Shown here: positions 49,433 through 59,021 of the stretch, in pieces
Position numbering within the stretch: position 1 is the first letter of the stretch
Layout: every line of letters begins with the position of its first letter
IMG/VR virus record: IMGVR_UViG_3300035703_000038
Span: 37,245 to 101,244 of that record
Length of the DNA stretch: 64,000 bases
Direction: 5' to 3' (one strand)
Source: a virus
The notes under the pieces: model-generated
Database searches by the model: none
The model's input: only the letters and a program-made list of their open reading frames with translations
What the model was told of the DNA's origin: nothing
Program-made: the position numbers and the translations under genes

Positions 49433-50776
49433 ATGTTTTCTAACGAACAACTTCTAAAGAAGTGGCAGCCAGTTCTTGAACACGCTGACCTTGCACCAAT
49501 CAAGGATTCACTACGTAAGTCAGTAACTGCTCAGCTACTAGAAAATACAGAGCGCTCAATGGCAGAGAACGGCGGTGGCGCACGTGCTCTATTGGAAGCT
49601 GGTACACACACACCAACAAACGCAACTGGCACAGCTGGTTTCGGTGATGGCGTTTCAAACTACGATCCAGTTCTAATCAGCTTGGTTCGTCGTTCAATGC
49701 CAAACCTAGTTGCTTATGACGTTTGCGGCGTTCAGCCAATGACAGGCCCAACAGGCTTGATCTTTGCAATGCGCAGCAAGTACAGCTCACAAGCTAACTC
49801 AGCAACAGAAGCATTCTATAACGAAGCAAACACAGCCTTCTCAACGATTGCCCTAGGTAACTCAACAGTTAACCTACCAGGTTATCGTAACGTAGGTACA
49901 ATGCCAGGTACAGCAAACAACGCAGAGTCCAACACATATAACTGGGCCGGCGGTATGTCAACAAACCAGGCAGAAGCACTAGGTAACGCTTCAAACGCAG
50001 CTTTCGCAAACATGGCTTTCTCAATTGAGAAGGTTTCTGTTGAAGCAAAGAGCCGCGCATTGAAGGCAGAGTACACAATGGAATTGGCACAAGACTTGAA
50101 GGCAATTCATGGTCTAGATGCTGAAGCCGAGTTGTCAAATATTCTGCAATCAGAAATCCTTGTAGAAATCAACCGTGAAGTTATCCGCACAATTAACGTA
50201 ACAGCTAAGCGCGGTGCCAACACAACAACATCAGCCGGTACATTTGACCTAGACGTCGATGCAAACGGTCGTTGGTCAGTTGAGAAGTTCAAGGGCCTAA
50301 TGTTCCAAGTAGAACGCGAAGCTAACCAAATTGCCAAAGACACACGTCGCGGTAAGGGTAACATCATCCTTTGCTCTTCAGATGTTGCATCTGCATTGCA
50401 AATGGCTGGTGTTCTAGACTACGCTCCTGCTCTAAACAGCAACGCTCTAAACGTTGACGACACAGGCAACACATTTGCTGGTGTTCTAAACGGTCGTATC
50501 AAGGTCTACATTGACCCATACGTAACAGACAACTACATGACAGTTGGCTATAAGGGCGCAAGCGCATTCGATGCTGGTATCTTCTACTGCCCATACGTTC
50601 CACTACAGATGGTTCGTGCAGTTGGTGAAGATTCATTCCAGCCAAAGATTGGCTTCAAGACACGCTACGGCATGGTCGCAAATCCATTCGCAGAAGGTGC
50701 TGCATATGGTAACGGCGCTATGACAAAGGACGCAAACGTATACTACAGACGCGTCATCGTAAGCAACCTACTATAA
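49433..50776 (+). CDS. gp23: Major capsid protein gp23
   Basis: GVQPMTGPTGLIFAMR, KSRALKAEYTMELAQDLKAIHGLDAE, FYCPYVPL and FQPKIGFKTRYG. Confidence 0.98.
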   Translation: MFSNEQLLKKWQPVLEHADLAPIKDSLRKSVTAQLLENTERSMAENGGGARALLEAGTHTPTNATGTAGFGDGVSNYDPVLISLVRRSMPNLVAYDVCGVQPMTGPTGLIFAMRSKYSSQANSATEAFYNEANTAFSTIALGNSTVNLPGYRNVGTMPGTANNAESNTYNWAGGMSTNQAEALGNASNAAFANMAFSIEKVSVEAKSRALKAEYTMELAQDLKAIHGLDAEAELSNILQSEILVEINREVIRTINVTAKRGANTTTSAGTFDLDVDANGRWSVEKFKGLMFQVEREANQIAKDTRRGKGNIILCSSDVASALQMAGVLDYAPALNSNALNVDDTGNTFAGVLNGRIKVYIDPYVTDNYMTVGYKGASAFDAGIFYCPYVPLQMVRAVGEDSFQPKIGFKTRYGMVANPFAEGAAYGNGAMTKDANVYYRRVIVSNLL

Positions 50777-50800
50777 TCCTTAACCGGATAATAGAAAGAG

Positions 50801-50827
50801 AGGGCCGCGAAAGCGGCCCTTTTTTTT
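50801..50827 (+). terminator. Rho-independent terminator after gp23
   Basis: AGGGCCGC-GAAA-GCGGCCCT followed by T7. Confidence 0.92.
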
Positions 50828-50831
50828 GCTT

Positions 50832-50839
50832 GATAAATA
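50832..50839 (+). promoter_or_regulatory. Late promoter variant
   Basis: GATAAATA just after the terminator. Confidence 0.55.
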
Positions 50840-50866
50840 TTGGTATGTAAAATGTGAGGTGCTACC

Positions 50867-51070
50867 ATGGTTGACAATGCTCGATATCTAACAAGATACA
50901 CTAAAGATAAAAGAACTGCTGAGCTATATGAGCTTGCAGATGGTTATGTTATCAGGTTTATTGACAATAAAGTAATTAGAGAAGATAGAGTTATTAAAGG
51001 CAAGTCTGTCTACTATGTTGTAGATGCTTGCGAGAACTGGTGTGAAGGAATAATTGATCCATGGATTTAA
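50867..51070 (+). CDS. Hypothetical protein
   Basis: RBS GAGGTG, 67 aa. Confidence 0.6.
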   Translation: MVDNARYLTRYTKDKRTAELYELADGYVIRFIDNKVIREDRVIKGKSVYYVVDACENWCEGIIDPWI

Positions 51071-52086
51071 TCCCAGTTGCCATAGATGAAAATGGAATCA
51101 AAAGACATCCATTATTCAACCATCTAGTTAGAATTGATCTTGACCTAACAGGACTTTGCAATAGGCAGTGTTCATTCTGCCCAAGAAGTCTTGATGCAGA
51201 CCCTGTATATCCAAATATCAATAAACAGATGTCTCTAGAAACAGTAGAGATTATAATCAAAGAATTACTCTCGATTGACTTTAAGGGTTGGTTTGAGTTA
51301 GCTGGTAGGGGTGAGAGTACTTTACATAAGAAGTTTGAAACTATTGTGGATATGATAACATCTGCCCCAGGTAGGAAGTGGAAAGTAAGATTAACTACAA
51401 ATGGTTACGAGCTTGATGATTGGTGGAACTCACCAGTTGGTATGAAACTTGATGAACTATATCTCAATAGCTATGAATCTAAAGAGCAGTATGAGGAAAG
51501 ACAACATAAATATACTAAACTGCCAAGTGGTGGATTAGTATATCATTACTATAAGCAAGATGGATTTACTATTGACCAGATTAATAGTATGCCAGCTTAT
51601 AAAGAAAATGGTAAAAGCTGGAAGCACGCATTCAATAATAGAGCTGGCTATTTCAAGCATCAAGATAGACGTAATCAACGACTAGATTACACAAACGTTG
51701 TGACACTGCCAGGTGGTGAGAAAATAAAAGTAAGTGATTCACCATGCTGGCATCCAATGAGACAGATATTCATTGACTTTGATGGTAATTATCAGATGTG
51801 CTGTAATGATTGGTCTAGTCAGATAAAAATTGGTAATGTCCATGAAAGATCATTAATGGATATGTACTTGAATGATCCAAAGATTAATAGAATCAGATGG
51901 AGATTATTGAATAAGGATAGATCACAAATTCTACCATGTGCAATGTGTGATGATATTCAAGGTGCCACAACAAACGCCATCAATACTGTTAACAAATTTA
52001 AAACATCAAGGGCTTACAAAGAACATGTTATTCCTCTTGCAAGACTTGGCAAGGACTTTGATGAAGGGTTAAAGAATGGCAAATAA
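51061..52086 (+). CDS. Radical SAM protein with SPASM/twitch domain
   Basis: CNRQCSFC motif, TTNG, and C-terminal CWHP..MCCNDW..IGNV..CAMCD. Confidence 0.9.
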   Translation: MDLIPVAIDENGIKRHPLFNHLVRIDLDLTGLCNRQCSFCPRSLDADPVYPNINKQMSLETVEIIIKELLSIDFKGWFELAGRGESTLHKKFETIVDMITSAPGRKWKVRLTTNGYELDDWWNSPVGMKLDELYLNSYESKEQYEERQHKYTKLPSGGLVYHYYKQDGFTIDQINSMPAYKENGKSWKHAFNNRAGYFKHQDRRNQRLDYTNVVTLPGGEKIKVSDSPCWHPMRQIFIDFDGNYQMCCNDWSSQIKIGNVHERSLMDMYLNDPKINRIRWRLLNKDRSQILPCAMCDDIQGATTNAINTVNKFKTSRAYKEHVIPLARLGKDFDEGLKNGK

Positions 52087-52696
52087 AATTATTGGTGAGG
52101 GTGTGTATAATCAACCAACAAGATTTAAAACACCATGGCCATTTTATATTGTTGATAATTTTTTGAGTGATCAATTATACACTAAGTTAATTATGTCAAG
52201 ACAACATCCTAAATTTGAAGTTGTTGATTCCTGGCATGACAATGCAATACGTACTTCATCTGATACTATACCTGGCTCTCCAACAAAAAGAGCCTTACCA
52301 TTATATCAAGACAAATCTGTAACAGAACAAATATCAGCTGAAATTAAAAATAAGCTGGCAGATATTGTAGATGACAGCTTATACTGCTTACCAGATTTGA
52401 TTAGGTGTGACCCAGGATATAGGTACACAATTCACACTGATTACTATCAAAAACTTTATTCAATAGTTGTATATCTTCACCCAACAATGTCAAATGCTAC
52501 TACGCTATTAGATGTTACTAATAATGAATATGATGTTATGTGGAGACAGAATAGAGCTTTAATATTTGCACAAGAAGATCATGGCTTACATTATTATAAA
52601 AACACAACTCAATACCCAAGACTTACATTGAATGTGTATATGACTAAGGAGTATCAAGGCTTTGGAATCGTGTATATAAATAGTTCTATACAATAG
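52076..52696 (+). CDS. 2OG-Fe(II) oxygenase superfamily protein
   Basis: PWPFYIVDNFL, HTD...SIVVYL...NRALIF...H...RLTLN. Confidence 0.75.
   Translation: MANKIIGEGVYNQPTRFKTPWPFYIVDNFLSDQLYTKLIMSRQHPKFEVVDSWHDNAIRTSSDTIPGSPTKRALPLYQDKSVTEQISAEIKNKLADIVDDSLYCLPDLIRCDPGYRYTIHTDYYQKLYSIVVYLHPTMSNATTLLDVTNNEYDVMWRQNRALIFAQEDHGLHYYKNTTQYPRLTLNVYMTKEYQGFGIVYINSSIQ
52675..52682 (+). promoter_or_regulatory. T4-type late promoter for gp3
   Basis: TATAAATA 26 nt upstream of the ATG at 52708. Confidence 0.75.
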
Positions 52697-52707
52697 GAAA
52701 CACAGCC

Positions 52708-53208
52708 ATGGCAATCCAAAAAAGCTTTCTATCACCACTTGGTTATCAATTAACTATTCAGAAGATACCAAACACTGTTATCAATGTTGTGTCAGTCAAC
52801 ATTCCTGGTATCACTGTAGAAGATAGTGAACTGCAGACGCCATTCAAGGTTATTAGATATCCTGACAAACTCGTATACAATGACCTAGTTGTAAGGTTCA
52901 AGGTTGATGAGGATATGTCTAACTATATAGAGATCTTCAACTGGATGAATCAGATTGGTAGACCAGAACAATTCAGTACGCCAAATCCCGACGCAATTGC
53001 TCCAAATGATATTTACAGTAACTATTCTTCAGACGGTACATTGCTAATTTTAAACTCAGCAAATAAAGGTAACATTGAGATTAGGTTCAAGGATCTATTC
53101 CCTGTTGTAATGAGTGATATTGAATTCACATCTCAAGAAACAGATGTAACTTATATTGATGCTACAGTGACCTTTAGAATGCTATCGTTTACAATTCACT
53201 CTGCATAG
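52708..53208 (+). CDS. gp3: Tail tube terminator/completion protein gp3
   Basis: FLSPLGY, NIPGI, F.VDEDMSNYIEIFNW and F.DLFP. Position before uvsY. Confidence 0.88.
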   Translation: MAIQKSFLSPLGYQLTIQKIPNTVINVVSVNIPGITVEDSELQTPFKVIRYPDKLVYNDLVVRFKVDEDMSNYIEIFNWMNQIGRPEQFSTPNPDAIAPNDIYSNYSSDGTLLILNSANKGNIEIRFKDLFPVVMSDIEFTSQETDVTYIDATVTFRMLSFTIHSA

Positions 53209-53216
53209 TGTATAAT
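53188..53216 (+). promoter_or_regulatory. Sigma70-type promoter for uvsY
   Basis: TTTACA-17 nt-TATAAT. Confidence 0.65.
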
Positions 53217-53245
53217 ATACCTACCAGTAGGGTAGGAACTTTATA

Positions 53246-53680
53246 ATGAAACTTGAAGATATATTTGGTGAGTGGGAGAAGGATAGTAAGGTTGACCGAA
53301 CAGAGCTCGGTGACGTTGCATTAAACATCCCTAAGTTACATCACAAGTACTTTAAACTATTTTCACACGAACGTCTACTGCTTCGTAAACTCGAACAGGA
53401 CATGAAGAAGCTGAAGAAGCTAAAGTGGGAATACTATACTGGCGTACTTGATGAAGAAACGCTTGAAGAGATGAAATGGGATCCGTTCCTACAAAAAATC
53501 CTGAAACAAGACGTGCCTACATATATTGACAGTGATTCAGATATCATCACTTTGAATCTTAGAATTGCTGTCCAACAAGAGAAGATTGATGCTCTTGAAT
53601 CTATTATCAAATCTATTATGAATTTAGGCTTCCAGGTCAAGAGTGCAATTGACTGGGAGAAGTTTAAAACTGGTCAATGA
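53246..53680 (+). CDS. uvsY: Recombination mediator UvsY
   Basis: WEKDSKVD, IPKLHHKY, KWEYYTG and FQVKSAIDWEKF. Confidence 0.92.
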   Translation: MKLEDIFGEWEKDSKVDRTELGDVALNIPKLHHKYFKLFSHERLLLRKLEQDMKKLKKLKWEYYTGVLDEETLEEMKWDPFLQKILKQDVPTYIDSDSDIITLNLRIAVQQEKIDALESIIKSIMNLGFQVKSAIDWEKFKTGQ

Positions 53681-55134
53681 CAGAAACCCTAGTTGTCTCA
53701 AAATTTAATGATGTATATGTAACAGTTGATTGTGACTCTAGTGTCGCAATGGAGCTAAGGGATTACTTTACCTTTAAAGTTCCTGGCTATAAGTTTATGC
53801 CTGCCTATCGCAACAAAGTATGGTCTGGCGATATTCATTTGTTTAATCCAATGAGTAGAAGAATTTACTACGGGTTGATTCCATACATTAGTAAATTTTG
53901 CGAGACTCGAGGCTATCAGGTTGTCTTTGATAAGACTGTTGATGGCTTTGCAGATGTTGACGAACAAACCATTGTAGACTTTATTCAAGGTCTCAATCTA
54001 CCTTTCAAGCCAAGAGGTTACCAGTTAGAAGCGTTCTTGCACGCTATCAGAACAAAAAGATCACTACTAGTATCACCCACTGCTTCTGGTAAATCACTAA
54101 TCATCTATATGATTACTAAGTGGTTCCTTGAGCACTATAAGGTATTGATCATTGTACCAACCATATCCCTAGTTGAGCAGATGAAAGGCGACTTTGTATC
54201 CTATGGTGGTGATGAGAATGAAATTCATACCATCATGTCTGGTAGAGAGAAGCATTCTGATATGCCAATTGTTATATCTACATGGCAGTCAATCTATAAG
54301 ATGCCAAGACAATGGTATGAACAATTTGATGTCATCATCGGTGATGAAGCACACCAATACAAAGCTAAGTCACTAACATCTATTCTTGAGAAGATGACTA
54401 AGTGTCCTATTAGATTAGGGTTTACTGGTACACTCGATGGTACACAAACTCATAAGCTAGTACTTGAAGGTTTGTTTGGTACAGTTAAGAAAGTTACAAC
54501 TACTGCTGAACTAATTGAACAGAAGCATCTTGCTGACTTTAAGATTCAGGCAATTGTACTAAAGCATACAGATGCCAATAAGAAAGAATTCTCTAGATGT
54601 GAATACCATGATGAAATTGATTTCCTTGTTCGTAATGAAGCAAGGAACAATTTTATATCTCAGTTGTCCTTACATCTAAAGGGCAACACTCTAATCCTCT
54701 TTCAATTTGTTGAGAAGCATGGTAAGCCTCTCCATCAACTGATTACAAATCAAAATAAGGATGATAGACATATCTTCTTTGTATCCGGAGAGGTAGAGGT
54801 TGAGGATAGAGAGCTTGTGAGAAAGATTACAGAGAAAGAAAGTAATGCTATCATTGTTGCCTCGTATGGCACATTTTCTACAGGCATAAATATTAGAAAC
54901 CTTCATAATGTTGTGTTTGCTTCTCCTACTAAGTCAAGAATTAGATCTCTACAATCAATTGGTAGAGCACTAAGAAAGAGTGACTCGAAGGACCAAGCTA
55001 CCCTGTATGATATTGCTGACGACCTATCCTGGAAGAAAGCTAAGAACCATACACTAAAGCATTTTATTGAGAGAGTGGGAATTTATACTAGTGAAAAGTT
55101 TGATTACAAAATCACAAGTTATCAGTTGAGGTAA
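53677..55134 (+). CDS. uvsW: SF2 helicase UvsW
   Basis: SPTASGKS, DEAH, GFTGTLDG, FSTGINI.NLHN and QSIGRALR. Confidence 0.96.
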   Translation: MTETLVVSKFNDVYVTVDCDSSVAMELRDYFTFKVPGYKFMPAYRNKVWSGDIHLFNPMSRRIYYGLIPYISKFCETRGYQVVFDKTVDGFADVDEQTIVDFIQGLNLPFKPRGYQLEAFLHAIRTKRSLLVSPTASGKSLIIYMITKWFLEHYKVLIIVPTISLVEQMKGDFVSYGGDENEIHTIMSGREKHSDMPIVISTWQSIYKMPRQWYEQFDVIIGDEAHQYKAKSLTSILEKMTKCPIRLGFTGTLDGTQTHKLVLEGLFGTVKKVTTTAELIEQKHLADFKIQAIVLKHTDANKKEFSRCEYHDEIDFLVRNEARNNFISQLSLHLKGNTLILFQFVEKHGKPLHQLITNQNKDDRHIFFVSGEVEVEDRELVRKITEKESNAIIVASYGTFSTGINIRNLHNVVFASPTKSRIRSLQSIGRALRKSDSKDQATLYDIADDLSWKKAKNHTLKHFIERVGIYTSEKFDYKITSYQLR

Positions 55135-55137
55135 TGT

Positions 55138-55545
55138 ATGGCAGCATTCATTCTAGTCAAACTGAGCGACGACGATTCATTCATCATTGGAGAACTTCAC
55201 AACGAAACAGAAGATGATGTTGTGATGAAGTACCCTGTTGTTGTTAGATTAAGAACAACAGTTAACCAAACTACCAATGTTACCACATCTAAGCTAATGC
55301 CATTCTCTGAGAACAACATTGTTGCTCTAAAGAAGACTTCAATCATTGCTTTCTCTAAACCTAATGAGAAGATCATTAAGTACTACTTAAAGTTTATGGA
55401 TAACTTTAGAAAGATCCTGGATGAGGATCTAGAGAATGACATCTGTGGAATACAAGATGAATACGGTGATTCTTTAGATTACGAAGATGAGGATGAAGCT
55501 GATTCAGTCCTTGCGTCTACGGGATCCACACCTATTTTGCATTAA
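55138..55545 (+). CDS. Conserved hypothetical protein (Sm-like N-terminus) between uvsW and gp55
   Basis: ILVKL....IIG pattern, acidic tail ending ILH, and usual position. Confidence 0.6.
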   Translation: MAAFILVKLSDDDSFIIGELHNETEDDVVMKYPVVVRLRTTVNQTTNVTTSKLMPFSENNIVALKKTSIIAFSKPNEKIIKYYLKFMDNFRKILDEDLENDICGIQDEYGDSLDYEDEDEADSVLASTGSTPILH

Positions 55546-55571
55546 TAATATATCTGACCCCGACAAAGGTG

Positions 55572-55600
55572 ATTATACTAAAGTGAACACTAAAAGTCAA
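55572..55600 (-). promoter_or_regulatory. Near-consensus sigma70 promoter on the minus strand
   Basis: Reverse complement reads TTGACT-17 nt-TATAAT. Confidence 0.7.
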
Positions 55601-55604
55601 CGGG

Positions 55605-55633
55605 TTGAATTAAATACTTGAATAGTATACAAT
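55605..55633 (+). promoter_or_regulatory. Sigma70-type promoter for gp55
   Basis: TTGAAT-17 nt-TACAAT. Confidence 0.6.
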
Positions 55634-55659
55634 ACTCATATGTTTGTAAAGGATTTATA

Positions 55660-56229
55660 ATGGAAGTTGTTAAAGATAAGGCTAACCACTATGTTAGCAA
55701 CGATGAGTTCTATAAGGCCATCGTAGAGTTTAGAAAGAAGGTTCTGGCAGCAGAGGCTCAGGGGCTACCTAGACCCGTGATTCCTTACTACATTGGTGAT
55801 TGTCTTATTAAGATTGCCAATAAGTTATCCTATAGCCCTAACTTCATTAATTACACATTCCGTGATGAGATGATTGCTGATGGTCTAGAGAACTGTATTA
55901 ACTACTTCCATAACTTTGATCCAGATAAGTCTACTAACCCATTTTCATACTTTACACAAATCATATACTTCGCTTTCCTTCGCCGTATCCAAAAGGAAAA
56001 GAAGTACATGTATGTTAAGCATAAGGTAACCCAGCAGAAGATGATTAGCCATGAGCTGATGAACCTTCAAGAGCTGGATGAGCTTGGTGAGTTTGATATA
56101 GAGATTACAGACTATACAACAAATGACTATATGGATAACTTCATCGAGCAGTTTGAAGCATCCGCATTGAAGAAGAAGGTCGAGAGGCAAGCAAAGAAGG
56201 GCCTTGAGAAGTTAATTAAGGAAGACTAA
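55660..56229 (+). CDS. gp55: Late-transcription sigma factor gp55
   Basis: HYVSNDEF, PNFINYTFRDEMIADGLENC and NPFSYFTQIIYFAFLRRIQKEKK. ATG 55660 has an AAGGA RBS. Confidence 0.96.
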   Translation: MEVVKDKANHYVSNDEFYKAIVEFRKKVLAAEAQGLPRPVIPYYIGDCLIKIANKLSYSPNFINYTFRDEMIADGLENCINYFHNFDPDKSTNPFSYFTQIIYFAFLRRIQKEKKYMYVKHKVTQQKMISHELMNLQELDELGEFDIEITDYTTNDYMDNFIEQFEASALKKKVERQAKKGLEKLIKED

Positions 56230-56232
56230 ATT

Positions 56233-57312
56233 ATGAAGATCGCTTTGATAACTGACACGCACTTTGGTGGGCGTGGCGATAGTCCTATATTTTCAGACTT
56301 CATTGGAAGATTCTATAACGAGGTATTCTTTCCTTATCTAAAAGAAAACAATATCACCTCTATCATCCACCTAGGGGATATTGTAGACCGTCGTAAGTAT
56401 ATCAGCTACCTCTCATTGAGAAGATTCAAAGAACAGTTCATTAAGCCTGTTCTTGATAACAATCTTGATCTTCATGTCATCATTGGCAACCATGACACAT
56501 TCTATAAGAATACCAACGAAGTAAACTGTATGACTGAGTTGTTTGGTACCAACAAGCCAGACAATGTTAATTGGTATACAGAAGCTACGAACATTAAGTT
56601 TGGTAGTACAGAGATCCTTTTCATTCCTTGGATGTGTACTGAGAACTTTGAATCTACAATTGAAAAGATTGCTGACACAGATGCACAAGTGTGCTTTGGC
56701 CATCTTGAGCTTGCTGGCTTTGAGATGCAGAAGGGTACAGTTATCGATCATGGCTATGATGCAAAGATCTTTAAAAAGTTTGATATTGTTCTCTCCGGTC
56801 ACTATCACCATAGATCAACAAAGGGTAATGTAACATACCTTGGCTGCCCATATGAGATTGTGTGGTCTGACTTTGATGACCCTAAGGGTTTCCATGTATT
56901 TGATACAGAGACAAGAGAGATTGAATTTGTTAAACATGACTTGACTCTATTTGAAAAGTACTACTACGATGACCTCGATCAGGAACGAGACCAAGTAGTC
57001 CTAGATGATTACTCCTTTCTCAAGGGTAAGTTTGTAAAGGTTATCGTAAAGAATAAAACTAACCCATACTGGTTTGATAGTGTTATCGACAGTGTCGAGA
57101 GAGCAGGGGTTGCAGATCTACAGGTAGTGGAGGACCACTTACATCTTGACTTAGAAGAAGATTCAAGTATAATATCAGAAGCTGAGGACACTCTAACAAT
57201 CATTAGAAAGTTCTCCGATCAATACATTGGTAATAAAGATAATGTACCAAAGCTCAATAAGCTACTTGGTGATCTTTATATCGAAGCAATGGAAATACAG
57301 ACTAAGCAATGA
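56233..57312 (+). CDS. gp47: Recombination nuclease gp47 (Mre11/SbcD-like)
   Basis: DTHFG, HLGD..DRR, GNHD, GHLE and SGHYH. Confidence 0.96.
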   Translation: MKIALITDTHFGGRGDSPIFSDFIGRFYNEVFFPYLKENNITSIIHLGDIVDRRKYISYLSLRRFKEQFIKPVLDNNLDLHVIIGNHDTFYKNTNEVNCMTELFGTNKPDNVNWYTEATNIKFGSTEILFIPWMCTENFESTIEKIADTDAQVCFGHLELAGFEMQKGTVIDHGYDAKIFKKFDIVLSGHYHHRSTKGNVTYLGCPYEIVWSDFDDPKGFHVFDTETREIEFVKHDLTLFEKYYYDDLDQERDQVVLDDYSFLKGKFVKVIVKNKTNPYWFDSVIDSVERAGVADLQVVEDHLHLDLEEDSSIISEAEDTLTIIRKFSDQYIGNKDNVPKLNKLLGDLYIEAMEIQTKQ

Positions 57313-59021
57313 TTCTATTTAAGAAAGTACGCTGGAAGAATTTTCTATCGACTGGTAACAACTTCACCGATATTGATCTTACCAAGCACAAGTCAACTCT
57401 GATTGTAGGTACGAATGGTTCTGGTAAGTCCACCATTCTCGATGCTATTTCATTTGCTCTCTACAATAAGCCATTTAGAAAGATTAATAAGCCTCAGCTC
57501 ATTAACTCTATCAATGGTAAAGATCTTTGCGTTGAGCTTGAGTTTATAATTGGTAATGCTAATTATAAGATCGTTAGGGGCATCAAGCCTACTAAGTTTG
57601 AGATCTATAAGAACGATGTATTGCTCAACCAAGATGCTGATAGTAAAGACTATCAAGAGGTGGTTGAGAAGCAGATTGTCAAGATGAACCATAGAACATT
57701 CTCTCAAGTAGTTGTTCTAGGTTCTTCTACCTATGTTCCATTCATGCAACTTCCTGCTGCCCAGCGAAGAGAGGTTATTGAGGACTTGCTTGACATCCAA
57801 GTGTTCACTACAATGAATACTTTGTTGAAGGGTAAGGTGTCTGCTAACCAAGATGATCTCAAACAAGCAAAGTATGATAGTGACCTTATTGATGAGAAGA
57901 TCAATATTCAGAACAGCTATATCAACTCACTAAAGAAAGATGTTCAGAATAAAGTTGATGAAAATGTAGAGAAGATACAGCAGACTCAAGATGAGATTAA
58001 TGTATGCAATGTTGATGTCACCACAAAGAGTGGTACAATTGCAGAGAAGATGAAAGAGACAGCTAACCTTGAGAAGCTGCAGAAGAGAATGGAGAAGTCT
58101 GTTATCCTAAAGGAAAAGACTATTGATAAGCTATCTAAGTTGAATAAGGAAATAAAATTCTTCCATGACAATGATGATTGTCCAACTTGTAAGCAAGGAA
58201 TTCCTCATGAGTTTAAGGCTGAGTCTATTACAACAAAGCAGACACAAGTAACAGAGATCCAAGAAAACCTTACACTACTAGAAGAAGACTATAATAACAC
58301 TGTTACAGAGATCACTAGAATCAATGGAATCCAAAAAGAGATTCAAACCATTCAACATGATATCACAAAGCTACAATCTGAAATACAATCAAAGAAAAAG
58401 TTTATTGATTATCTACAATCAGAAAATGATTCACTACAATCTGATACAGCAAACGTTGATGCAGAAAAACAAAAACTAAAAGAACTACAAAAGCAAAAGA
58501 CAGAAGCTGAGGATAAGAAGCAGAAGCTGCTAGAGGAGTATGAAATTCTACAGGCAGCTTCTGCTCTCTTGAAGGATGGTGGTATCAAGACTAGAATCCT
58601 TCGTCAGTATATGCCAATCATTAATAAGCTGATCAATAAGTACTTGGCAGCCATGGACTTCTTTGTTCAGTTTGAGATTGATGAGCAGTTCAATGAAACT
58701 ATTAAGTCTAGATTCAGAGATGAGTTTAGTTACAATTCATTCTCAGAAGGTGAGAAGATGAGAATTAACCTAGCTGTTCTCTTTACATGGAGAGCTATTG
58801 CCAAGATGAGAAATAGTGCTGCCACTAACTTACTTGTCATGGATGAAGTGTTTGATAGTTCTCTTGATAGCAATGGTACTGATGAATTCTTAAAGATCAT
58901 CCAGACCCTAACTGCTGATACTAACACGTTCATTATTAGTCATAAGACTGATCAGTTGTTTGATAAGTTCCATAATGTTATTAGATTTGAAAAGACAAAG
59001 AATTTTTCTAGAATCGTATGA
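57309..59021 (+). CDS. gp46: Recombination ATPase gp46 (Rad50/SbcC-like)
   Basis: GTNGSGKST, CPTC hook, FSEGEK, MDEVFDSSLD and ISH. Confidence 0.97.
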   Translation: MILFKKVRWKNFLSTGNNFTDIDLTKHKSTLIVGTNGSGKSTILDAISFALYNKPFRKINKPQLINSINGKDLCVELEFIIGNANYKIVRGIKPTKFEIYKNDVLLNQDADSKDYQEVVEKQIVKMNHRTFSQVVVLGSSTYVPFMQLPAAQRREVIEDLLDIQVFTTMNTLLKGKVSANQDDLKQAKYDSDLIDEKINIQNSYINSLKKDVQNKVDENVEKIQQTQDEINVCNVDVTTKSGTIAEKMKETANLEKLQKRMEKSVILKEKTIDKLSKLNKEIKFFHDNDDCPTCKQGIPHEFKAESITTKQTQVTEIQENLTLLEEDYNNTVTEITRINGIQKEIQTIQHDITKLQSEIQSKKKFIDYLQSENDSLQSDTANVDAEKQKLKELQKQKTEAEDKKQKLLEEYEILQAASALLKDGGIKTRILRQYMPIINKLINKYLAAMDFFVQFEIDEQFNETIKSRFRDEFSYNSFSEGEKMRINLAVLFTWRAIAKMRNSAATNLLVMDEVFDSSLDSNGTDEFLKIIQTLTADTNTFIISHKTDQLFDKFHNVIRFEKTKNFSRIV

